From: an uncultured delta proteobacterium
GTDB lineage: Bacteria > Desulfobacterota > Binatia > UBA9968
Direction: 5' to 3'
NCBI GenBank assembly: GCA_963745035.1
Contig: CAVUVW010000026.1
Span: forward strand, 114,789-178,788
Length of the DNA stretch: 64,000 bases
In this document: in pieces, positions 55,264 through 64,000 of the stretch
Layout of the letters: every line of letters starts with the position of its first letter
Position numbering within the stretch: position 1 is the first letter of the stretch
Program-made: the position numbers and the translations under genes
Notes under the pieces: generated by a model
Database searches by the model: none
Seen by the model: only the letters and a program-made list of their open reading frames with translations
What the model was told of the DNA's origin: nothing

Positions 55264-55920
55264 TTAGTTCAAAATTTCCGCGACCACCCGGGCGTGCCCA
55301 GCGTCGCTCCCCTTCACGCGCAGCGGCAGCGCCATGATGCGCGTGCGCTTGCCGACGATGCTGCCCAAGTTGGCGACGTTCTCCGCAATCAAGACGTCGT
55401 TGCCGAGCAAAGTCCTGTGCACGGGAAAGTCGAACCCTTTGGGGCGCAGCGGCGTCGGCAAATCGACCGTGATGCAGTCGATGCCGAACATTTTGATGCC
55501 CTTTTTCACCATCCATTCGGCCGCGTCCACGCTCAAATACGGGTGCAGATTGTAGTCCGGGCTGTCGAACTTTTCGTCCCAGCCGGTATAGAGCATCAGA
55601 ATATCGCCGCGGTTCACGCCGACACCCGAAGCCTCGAGGTCCTTGGCCGTCACCTCTTCGCCGCCTTGTTTCTTGACCGCGATCACCGCGCCCGGTCCGA
55701 CGAAGGCGTCGAGCGGCAGTTGCTCGATCGATTTGCCATTGGGGACGATGTGGATCGGCGCGTCCACGTGCGTGCCGGCGTGGCACGGCAGCGACAGTTC
55801 GGTGACGTTCAGCGGGTGGCCCTTGTCGAGGCTCAAGAATTTTTGCACGTGCACGTCCGGCAGCACCGGAATCTTCGGCATGCCGTCGTAAATCAGGCGC
55901 GAGAGATCGACCATTTCCAT
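55264..55920 (-). CDS. Cyclase family metal hydrolase (KynB-like)
   Basis: HAGTHVDAPIH, YTGW, GID, VHRTLL, AENV. Confidence 0.9.
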   Translation of the reverse strand: MEMVDLSRLIYDGMPKIPVLPDVHVQKFLSLDKGHPLNVTELSLPCHAGTHVDAPIHIVPNGKSIEQLPLDAFVGPGAVIAVKKQGGEEVTAKDLEASGVGVNRGDILMLYTGWDEKFDSPDYNLHPYLSVDAAEWMVKKGIKMFGIDCITVDLPTPLRPKGFDFPVHRTLLGNDVLIAENVANLGSIVGKRTRIMALPLRVKGSDAGHARVVAEILN

Positions 55921-55924
55921 ATCT

Positions 55925-56665
55925 TCACATTCCTTTCCGCCAGCCTGCGTAGAGTGGATCTTCGTCCACAAACGCCCGCTTGATGCCGTCGAAGGCGAGC
56001 CAAAACTGATCGAGGGTTTTTTGCACCGAGCTGCGCACGAGCGCCTGCTGCGGCTCGGTCACGGCATAGCGCTCCACCGCCAGCGGCCCGACTTTCATGT
56101 GCTCCTCGTCGACGCCCATGTGCAGAGTCCAGTAGCGAATATCGTCGGAATCGCGCTGAAAGCCGTAGTGCTTCGTCAGACCGTTTACGATCCGGGTCAT
56201 GCGCTCGTTGGCGGTTCCTTCAAGACAAAAACCCTGGCAGGCATAAAGCTCAAGCCAGCTTCTCTGATACATCAAGAGCTCGCGCCAGTCGAGAAACGCT
56301 TGAGTTTCCGGCAGCGGCTGCACGCCATCCAGCTCTGTCCTGGTAAAGCCGCAGGCCTGGGCAAAACGGATGAATAATCCCTTGTGGCTATCCGTACCGG
56401 TGATCTCGCCGGTGCCTTCTTCCACCACATTTTCGATCCACATTTTTTCCAGCTCCGGATCGTCCGGACAGCGGCTGAGCATCGCGGCAATCGGTTTGGG
56501 AAACGGTTTCGGAAAAAACAGATAGAACTGGCCGACGAACCCTTTCAACTGATTCCGCGCCAGCTTTCCCTCTTCGATCAAACCGATGATCGGATGATTT
56601 TTCGAGTGCTTTGCCCGCACCATCTGCTGAATTTCTTTAACGAAGTCCTTGCTCGAAACACCCAT
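55925..56665 (-). CDS. Heme-oxygenase-like diiron enzyme (CADD/PqqC/TenA fold)
   Basis: ENVVEEG...SH, CLEG, LHMGVDEEH ligand pattern; AAGGAG RBS. Confidence 0.8.
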   Translation of the reverse strand: MGVSSKDFVKEIQQMVRAKHSKNHPIIGLIEEGKLARNQLKGFVGQFYLFFPKPFPKPIAAMLSRCPDDPELEKMWIENVVEEGTGEITGTDSHKGLFIRFAQACGFTRTELDGVQPLPETQAFLDWRELLMYQRSWLELYACQGFCLEGTANERMTRIVNGLTKHYGFQRDSDDIRYWTLHMGVDEEHMKVGPLAVERYAVTEPQQALVRSSVQKTLDQFWLAFDGIKRAFVDEDPLYAGWRKGM

Positions 56666-56985
56666 GAACCCGGCTCCTTGCCTCGCTCGCGCTTTGGCAT
56701 GATGCGACGACGCATGTGCCAAAATATTTTCGATTCTCACGGAAGAAGTTTCACCCTACATCGTAGTCCGCCGGAAAATCAAGTTTACATAGCCCAACTC
56801 TGTTCGCAACGCATGCGGAGACTTCCATATTATTAGGCCGGCGGCAACGACAACATTTTTCGCGGCGGAACGAAGGGTACTTGATTCGACCGGTTTCCGG
56901 TAGGAGGATGGCGATACAGCGCAACGTTTTCTATGAAGACAATTCTTACTCTTCCAGTGGAAGTCTACAACGACCTTCTCGGCAA

Positions 56986-57575
56986 ATGCCTATTGATGAG
57001 CCCAGTGCCTTTGACTTCTGGCGTGAGATGGTTCTTCCCGAGCACGTAGTTCACATTTACGAGAACGATGGAGCGTTCCTGGACATCCTGCAAGGATTCA
57101 TCCAAAGCGGACTTCAAGCCGGCGACGGCGTGATCGCCATCGTCACCCCCGTCCATCTCCATGCGATCGAGGTGCGGCTGGCGGAGCACGGAGTCGAGCT
57201 GGGCGCGCTCCGCTCCCAAGATCGCTACATCGCCGTGGACGCCGAAGAGCTGCTTGCGCGCTTCATGGTGAGTGGCTGGCCGGACGGAGAGCGTTTCACG
57301 CGCGCCGTCGGCGAGCTTGTCACGAGGGCCGGCGGCGGAGGGAGAACGTGCGGGCATTCGGAGAAATGGTCGCCTTACTTTGGGAGCGCGGGGATCAGGC
57401 TGCCACCGTTCGTTTGGAGCACCTGTGGAACGATTTCTGCCGCATGCAAACACTCTTGCTCCTGTGCGCATACCCGCGGCGCGGCTTCACGCGGCACGCC
57501 TCCGAATCGATCACTGAATTCTGCGCCATTTACTCCAAGGTCATCCCGTCTTATCCAAGCCGTGTCAGCCACTGA
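56986..57575 (+). CDS. MEDS domain protein, frameshifted about 57345
   Basis: HVVHIYEND, GDGVIAI, RAFGEMVALLW..G..AA.RLEHLWN, LLCAYP. Confidence 0.8.
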
Positions 57576-57971
57576 GACGCGACGTCCGTTTGAGCCGTGC
57601 GATTTTTGAGCCAACGCCGCGACTTGTAGTCGGAGAGTTACACGTTTACTGCTTTTGTCGCCCGCTGGCCAGCCGCGATCAAGTCGATGGCGTTGATTTT
57701 GATGTGGCGTCGTTTCGTAGGTTGTGCTAATGACCCTTTCTAAATGGACTTCGAGCCTCTCACGATACTCGTGATCGCCATTGCCGCCGCTGTCGTTTAC
57801 CTTCTGATGTGGCGATAACTCGCTCATATTGGAACTTTAGAATCGCCACTTCGTTGCGTACCGCCAGGGCCTGGGCTGAATGCATAGCCGTCTACTCGGC
57901 ATCGTAGCGAACGCTAGCGGCCCTGCTTGGCCCCGACCTAACTTGATCGCGCATCGCCGAGGCGACTTATT

Positions 57972-58281
57972 TCAGTGCGTTAGCGCTGTTGTCTGAACAT
58001 TGAGGGGATTAAAAAAGGAAGCCGCAGCTTTCCCATGTGATTTGGTTACGCGGTTGAGCAACGCCTTTGTCCGCTTGAGCACGTAGCCGTCCATCCGGCA
58101 GTGGTCGCAGCAATAGAGTTTGCCGCGCTGTGATTTGATCGTGATCGGTTCAGCACAGAATGGATTAGCGCACCGCTCAGGATGCTTCTGGCTAGTCGTT
58201 AACGGCTTATTCTCGCATGCTATCGGCTCAGCATGGTCAAAATGCTTCAGTTTCAGCGCTGCTAGCCGTTAACGCGGTCAT
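57972..58281 (-). CDS. Small Cys-rich (Zn-finger-like) protein A, +1 indel about 58240
   Basis: MTALTASSAETEAF/DHAEPIAC...CANPFC...YCCDHCRMDGYVLKR; paralog of 59293-59570. Confidence 0.55.
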
Positions 58282-58282
58282 T
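58262..58282 (+). repeat. Recurrent motif CTAGCCGTTAACGCRGTCATT (also 58633-58653 +, 58897-58914 -, degenerate 59292-59312 -)
   Basis: Direct sequence comparison. Confidence 0.8.
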
Positions 58283-58385
58283 CGTGTGTGCTCCAACGTG
58301 GGCTTGATTCGCCACCGGCTTTATGAGAAGGGATTGCCCCTGCGATTGCGGAGAAAGTACGAGTGGACAAAACTGGGAGGCCGAT

Positions 58386-58643
58386 ATGAAAAGTAGATGC
58401 CCGAGCAATTGTAAAGACGGAATCCAAAGGCCGCTTGAAAGCTCGGAATATTCTCGACTTTCCACCCAAACCCGAGGAGCACTCATATTTCTCCGGAAAA
58501 GAGCGCTCGTGTGTGTAACCTGCCAGGCGGTGTACGTGAGGTGCCCGAGCGGAACTATCTATTTGGACAAACTGCCAGCGATAGAGAATGCAGTAATAGT
58601 CGCTCCGCGCATTACAAAGCCCGCCATCCGCCCTAGCCGTTAA
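58386..58643 (+). CDS. Small Cys-rich protein B
   Basis: GGAGG RBS; CPSNC..CVTC..CPSGTIYL; paralog at 58907-59167. Confidence 0.65.
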   Translation: MKSRCPSNCKDGIQRPLESSEYSRLSTQTRGALIFLRKRALVCVTCQAVYVRCPSGTIYLDKLPAIENAVIVAPRITKPAIRPSR

Positions 58644-58906
58644 CGCAGTCATTGACGGGTATCGGCTTGGGGCTGCTCAGTCGCCGTTGAGAAGATCAGA
58701 GATAGTTTTTTGCTTGCGGCTCGTGTGAAGGCCCACGTTTCGCCTTGCCGTCGTGAAGCCCTTCTCTTTCACTTCCATCAAGATGGGCATGGCGCACCCG
58801 CGCGCCAGTTGAAATGTCGTCGCCGCCCGCGTCTTCTGTCGCCTCATCGAGATAGCGACAACGGCGATACCGAGCAGCCGGAAAGCGACACTCGCCAATG
58901 ACCGCG

Positions 58907-59167
58907 TTAACGGGAAAAACGCATCCGGGGCGCACTTGGGCGGGGGCTGTAAGGAACGTTTACATGTGGCAAAAGGGAGAGCTTTTCCAAGTAGATCGTC
59001 CCAGACGGGCAACTCACATATACAAGTCCGCAGGCATTGCAGATCGAGCCTTGCTTGCTGAGCAACACAAGGGCCGACCGGGCATGAGCGGAGAGTCGAG
59101 ACATTTCACTCGGTTCCAGTGGCCTCTGCCTTCCGTTTTCACATTTACTCGGGCATGCGCTTCTCAT
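58907..59167 (-). CDS. Small Cys-rich protein B' (paralog of B)
   Basis: GGAGG RBS; CPSKC..CNAC..CPSGTIYL. Confidence 0.65.
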   Translation of the reverse strand: MRSACPSKCENGRQRPLEPSEMSRLSAHARSALVLLSKQGSICNACGLVYVSCPSGTIYLEKLSLLPHVNVPYSPRPSAPRMRFSR

Positions 59168-59292
59168 TTTATGCCCTCCAGTTATGGCTGTACCCGTCGA
59201 AAGCGAGCAATCGAATGGCCGGACCATGACAGAAAGGGCATTTCTATGACAGAAGCGCAACAAGTGCAAGTCACGCGGGGAGCGCGCCGTCA

Positions 59293-59570
59293 GTGACTGC
59301 GTTATTTGCTACCAGCGAAGACACTGAGGCATCGACCCATGCCGCCCCCACCGCATGCGCCACGACTGCGTTAACGCAGTTAAACAGGCAGTTCAGAGTT
59401 GCGCGAATCCGTTCTGCAAGGCACCGTTCAACATCAAGTCGCCGCGCGGTAAGCATGAGCGCTATTGTTCGGCACCATGTCGCATGGACGGCTACGCGCT
59501 CAGGCGGGCCAAGGTGCTGCTCAACCGCGTTGGCATCATCCGGTTTCACGAACTGCTGGACGAATTATGA
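59293..59570 (+). CDS. Small Cys-rich protein A' (paralog of A), -1 indel about 59395
   Basis: MTALFATSEDTEAS...CANPFC...YCSAPCRMDGYALRR. Confidence 0.55.
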
Positions 59571-60094
59571 AAAGCCCGGTTTCTCCCAAGTCGAACTATT
59601 GTGATTACGATCGCATAAGGACACCAGATCCATTTTAACTCACTGAAAATGGCCTTGGCGCCTGTTGCAGAGAAGAAGTCTATCCAAAGCGGCGACACCT
59701 CTAGTAGTCGCCATCTAAAGAAATATCGCGCACTGTTGAACGGCGCCAAGAACGCCACACCCAACCCGCCGTTTGTCATTGAATCTAATATTCCATGCGA
59801 GGCCGTCGAAGCGAACAAGAATAGAAAAATAGGTAGTCGTTTATAATTGCGACTCCAAGGTATGAGGGTCGCGAGCAAAGCGGCAATGATAACGGCAAAC
59901 GCTATAGAATGCGTTAATCCCCTATGGCCGAACATATCGGCATATTGGATGCCAAAAGCGAAACCAACAACGTCCAAGTCTGGTGCCACGGAGCATATGG
60001 TAGCTATCAGCGCGACGGGTGAGGCTATGCTGTTTCTGGGAAGTACAGAGCGTAGGGCGATTGGCACAGCCGCATGAGTGAATATTGATGGCAT
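59546..60094 (-). CDS. Membrane metal-dependent hydrolase (YdjM/YbcI family)
   Basis: FTH, PDLD, GHRGLTHS, SHGILD, GVAFLAPF. Confidence 0.88.
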   Translation of the reverse strand: MPSIFTHAAVPIALRSVLPRNSIASPVALIATICSVAPDLDVVGFAFGIQYADMFGHRGLTHSIAFAVIIAALLATLIPWSRNYKRLPIFLFLFASTASHGILDSMTNGGLGVAFLAPFNSARYFFRWRLLEVSPLWIDFFSATGAKAIFSELKWIWCPYAIVITIVRLGRNRAFHNSSSSS

Positions 60095-61436
60095 GATGCG
60101 AACGTAAGACTATTTATGACCTCCGTGCAATATTACAAAGCGATGTAAATAAAATAAGAGGTATCAGCTATGATGAAGGTAGAAGCCAATCCACCGTAAG
60201 CGCCGTCGAGTTGATCGGCATATGAGCAAACTGATTCACCCGACCACTTCATCGACAAGAACAAGGGGGTTGACTCTGCGGTCGCACTTTCATAAACGAA
60301 CAACGGCACTAAAGCCGAGGTGAACAATGAAAACCTATATGCTGCTGCTTGTTCTCCTTCTCGTTGGCTGCAAACACTTCGAATCGAGACACTCCACGGG
60401 CAACAGTACGGGCGAGCTCTGTAAGCCCCAGTGCACCGAGCAACAAATAAACGAGCTGGCGGAGCCGATATTCTGACGCGATATTTTATTGCTGGTCCGC
60501 GCTGATCTTTGCGATCTTGGGCGCCGTCCGCAACGGCCGGCCGCCTGGTTTTGAGAGCTTTAAAAACCTGCCGCCAATAACGACCAACTCCAATTTTGGT
60601 GCGCGGCAAATGGTAATGTCAGGGACGTGGGGAGATCCGCGGCGGCGGTGATGAGCTTACAATGGAAGCGGCGGGGCATGGCGCTCAATCCTTCGTCATC
60701 CACTCCAAGAAATCGCTTGCCACATAGGAGCTACATGCTGCGGTTATCACAGCTCCAATCTGCTCGAAAAAAGAATCCGCCTCCCGAACGAGGGTGTATA
60801 CTTCCCAAGCTAAGGCGAATAATACGAGTCTAGTAAATATCATCGGACCTCCACTGCGTTGCGCCTTATTTTTATCACGGTGCGCTGCACCAGCAGAGTC
60901 CAGTTTTTAAACTTAATTACAATTTAAACTGATTTTAACGAGTTAAATTGTCCCGTCGTAAAGTGCGTGAACGGTTCCACGAGAAGACTTTGAAGCCATC
61001 AGCCTGAGAAATCGGACAATTTCGAGTATTTTTTGAGATTCAAGCCCGCGAATGCGTGTTGCTGCGAGTACGCATTCCACAACTGTGCAGAATATTCTCA
61101 TGCCGCGCTCTCCTGTTGCCCAAAACGAAAGCGCCGCTGCTATACACGGTCTTCCAATGGAAAGCAAAGCGACGGCAAGCAAGGTGAAGGCGCCTTCAGC
61201 GCGGCGAGACTTCAGGCCGTTTTGGAAGGCGCTTATGAGTACGAGCTAGAGCTTGCCAGTGACCTGGCTGTCGGCGTGATTAACGATTTTCAAACGATGA
61301 GTATTCGCCAGTCTTTATTGCTCGGCACAACCGGCTGAGGTCGCTGATCTGCTGGACAAGCTCTGCGCGTCGGGCCGGTTGATTTTTTAGCTGCCCAAGC
61401 TCCGGGTGGTGGGGTAATAGTGTGTTTTCCTGGAAA

Positions 61437-61760
61437 TCAAAACGTATGCGACAAATCCAAGTCGCCGATGTCTTTGATGAAGCGGCCAACGTTTGCTTGG
61501 AGGATAGTAAAAACTTGTGAGCAGAACCGGCGATCGTCGAAGTGCATCGAACCCATATATCGAGAGCCTTGATGTTCGACGAACAGGAAAATTTTGTTAT
61601 CAAAGAGTTCGTGCATCATCGCACGTTCAAGGAATCCGATTTCGCCGGTCGGCTTGTCGCTGTCTAAGCGCGTCGTTGTCCAGATTGGCGGCCATGTCGG
61701 GACACCGCTTTTGCGGGTCATTAGCGGGTGGTCACGGAGCTGCACAACCCGAATAGACAT
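61437..61760 (-). CDS. Hypothetical protein
   Basis: 107-aa ORF, LRDHPLM..WPPIW, IGDLDLS; protein-like composition. Confidence 0.65.
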   Translation of the reverse strand: MSIRVVQLRDHPLMTRKSGVPTWPPIWTTTRLDSDKPTGEIGFLERAMMHELFDNKIFLFVEHQGSRYMGSMHFDDRRFCSQVFTILQANVGRFIKDIGDLDLSHTF

Positions 61761-62241
61761 AGTTTGTAAGCGTAGCCCAGAAAATCTGCTAGAGGGTATA
61801 GGCCATGTCTAAAGAGCCGATCTCTTCAATTGAGAGGTTCGTATGGTGGTGCAGCGCAACGTAGAGCTGCCGACAAAACGCGGCATCATCTATGAGAGGC
61901 GGGTGATCGCGGAGTTCCACTGACTCCGAGTAGATCACAAATACTCGGGTCTAGTAAGGTGGTCATAAAAATATTTGAAGCGGCTTCCGTCCTCTGTCCT
62001 CGTCCGTCGGATAGAACGCCTCGATGACCGCGCGTGGCTGGTGCGCCGCTATCGGCGCACTCTGGAGGGCGACGGAAAACGAAAGCGCAGAAGGCTCGGC
62101 CTCATGGCGCGCAGATCGAGCGCGCCTGCGTGGAACAAATCGTCGCGGAAATGAACGAGCTCGCTGCGCGCTACCGCAAGAACAAACACAAGATCGACTG
62201 GCTCCGGCGCGTGGTTGAGAAAGTCCGGAGCAGTGCGCCGA

Positions 62242-62421
62242 TCACAAATTCTTTCGACCGAAGAGCCAGCGGCCGAAGCGAATGACGGCGTAAGAGTACA
62301 CAAGCGTGAGCGCGATCAGCAGCAGCGTTAGTGCGAAGCCGCTCATCCAGCGGTTGGCGACGACTACGGCAGGCATGTTGGCCCAAAAGAAGTAGGCGTA
62401 AAGCTTGATGGTGTAGGGCAC
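62242..62421 (-). CDS. Possible 59-aa membrane protein
   Basis: VPYTIKLYAYFFWANM...FALTLLLIALTLVYSYAVIRFGRWLFGRKNL. Confidence 0.35.
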   Translation of the reverse strand: MPYTIKLYAYFFWANMPAVVVANRWMSGFALTLLLIALTLVYSYAVIRFGRWLFGRKNL

Positions 62422-63177
62422 GCCGCGCAGATATCAGGAGGGCCGGCGGAAGGCAAACCCGTAGCTCGGCCCGTCGCCCCTAGGCAACCGGTAATAGGAA
62501 CTCGCTCAGATCCGCGGCGGTGATCCGCAGTGGGCCGCGACGCAGCAGACTACCCCCTATTCCCGTACTCATCAGCCGCACGATGGTCTCGGAGTTTTAG
62601 CGCGCGCTCACTGGGATATCGGGATTGTGGCCAGTATCGTTTGACGTTCCTACGATTTCGGCTGGGGATAACTCCAAGAACCTCCTCTGAGATCGCGACA
62701 TCGTGTATGCTGTTTGCCTGCGAGAGTGGGCAGCACTGTCCCATAAGAGGGACAATGAAGGAAGTGCGATAAAGGCCAGTTATTATTCGATTTTCATTGC
62801 TGCGTATTTAGGCGATTCGCTGGACTCCGCTTCTGAGGCGGATTTCCTCCTACAAAAGCGCAGTCATCAACAAATTTATCCACAGATAGGGTGGATAACT
62901 GGCATCCAAAGTTTGAAATCCCACTCTAAGCGCTCACGGCTTTACTCCTCGGAGGATGGCAAGCGCCCGCTCATCCGGAACGTCCTTGAGCACTCCCGCT
63001 GCTCGCTTCACTATCCACGCATTATGCGGCAACTCGGTTTGCAGAAGCGCCTCGGCTCCATCGCCAATCCGGTCTGCTCGAACTCAGCCGCGCAAACAGG
63101 GCTTTCGCATCGCCTCAATTCCTGCCGTTTGTTTGTCCCCCATTTCCCCGGCCTTGTGATAAATTACGCACATTCCA

Positions 63178-63795
63178 ATGGACACCGCGCTTTACGTTGC
63201 CGTAGCCATAGTCATCCTTGGCCTCGCGTTCTTTTTCGTTTTTCGCCAGCCGATAATCGGATTGATTGGTAGGATTCGGTCGATTAGCAGGACCGGAATC
63301 ACGACCGACCCTGCTCGGCAACAAGAAGGCGCTCCAGACCGGGACCCTCGCAGCGAAGCCGAAGCAATGATGAGGGCTCTCGATAGTACACTGATTCGGG
63401 AAATAGAAGAGCACATCACGAATCAATTCCGCGAGCGCAATTTGCTCGGAGCCGAGGGTGTTCCGGTGCTGATAAGGTATCTCGCATCCATGTCGATTAT
63501 TCTCGGCTTTGAGCAGATCTACCGTGCGATATGGGGTAGCCAACTGAGTCTCTTGACGTACCTGAACACCCAGCCGGACGGTCAGCCCGCCGAAGCAGTC
63601 AGGCCGTTTTAACACGCTGGCAGCGACTCAATATTCCGATACGTATGCTCATTACAGCTTTGAGTCGTGGTGGGATTTCTTAAAGACCAATTCCTCTTGC
63701 GCGAAGACAGTGGGCGCTTGCGAATCACCGTCAAAGGCCGCGAATTTTTGGCACACCTAACCCGGTCTGGCTTAACCCACGATAAAGCAGGATGA
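63178..63795 (+). CDS. Membrane-anchored hypothetical protein with C-terminal wHTH-like tail; indels about 63610 and 63672
   Basis: N-terminal TM; FEQIYRAIWGSQ; continues YSFESW.GFL...RITVKGREFLAHL. Confidence 0.6.
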
Positions 63796-63892
63796 GCTAG
63801 TTGGCTCACCGAGAACGCACGTATGCCCCTCGGCGTCGTGTGTGACCGCCGCCGCTTTGCTGCTACTGCTCTAGGCTCACCCGATGGGAGCC

Positions 63893-63913
63893 TGGAGACA
63901 TTTTGGAGACATT
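63893..63913. repeat. Tandem TGGAGACATT x2 beside tRNA 3' end (possible integrase arm-type sites)
   Basis: tggagacatt t tggagacatt about 50 bp from the tRNA. Confidence 0.45.
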
Positions 63914-63962
63914 GCCCTAAGGGAAGATTTAAATTCGGCGGGTAAGTGCGTGGAGAAGTAAA

Positions 63963-64000
63963 TGCCCCCGGCGAGACTCGAACTCACGGCCCCAGGATTA
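63963..64000 (-). tRNA. 3' half of a tRNA (position 36 = U, short variable loop; probably tRNA-Arg), truncated by window
   Basis: Minus strand TAA-TCCTG-GGGCC-GTGAG-TTCGAGT-CTCGC-CGGGGGC-A: T-arm and acceptor 3' strand. Confidence 0.85.

Noticed and set aside
55925-56665. PqqC / PQQ biosynthesis
   Set aside because: No pqqA/B/D/E nearby; only the fold and metal ligands are shared.
58262-59380. CRISPR array or integron attC sites
   Set aside because: Few copies, mixed orientation, 240-380 bp spacing, no cas or intI, and no RYYYAAC...GTTRRRY attC pairing seen.
60133-61338. ORFs 60133-60609, 60627-60833 and 61033-61338
   Set aside because: No recognisable motifs or convincing RBS; probably decayed or non-coding.
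62440-62520. c-di-GMP-I riboswitch (GGCAAACC)
   Set aside because: The following GAAA stem and GACGCAAAGC elements are missing.

Overview
GC-rich bacterial chromosome segment. The many orphan NMT1/SsuA-type binding proteins, amidohydrolases and a UbiD suggest a Binatota/deltaproteobacterium-like organism (inference). Frequent single-base frameshifts look like long-read consensus errors. 1-13 kb: solute-binding proteins with catabolic enzymes (two amidohydrolases, UbiD plus an unannotated Zn-ribbon ORF, a molybdo-hydroxylase large subunit, 3-hydroxyanthranilate dioxygenase). 13.6-30 kb: a PyrR-attenuated pyr operon with an unusual PyrB/PyrI-Zn/PyrR triple fusion, then carAB, recG, alaC, hom, apgM, glpX, dus, maf. 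30-57 kb: mixed core and accessory genes (uup, MoxR/VWA, miaB and others). This part holds the best finding: a sulfide:quinone oxidoreductase/FCSD-like flavoprotein whose second catalytic Cys position is an in-frame UGA followed by a SECIS-like hairpin (candidate selenoprotein). It also has a diiron-oxidase/cyclase/aldolase operon. 57.6-64 kb: a degenerate island next to a tRNA 3' end, containing a ~1.6 kb inverted duplication of small Cys-rich genes punctuated by a recurring ~21-bp motif.
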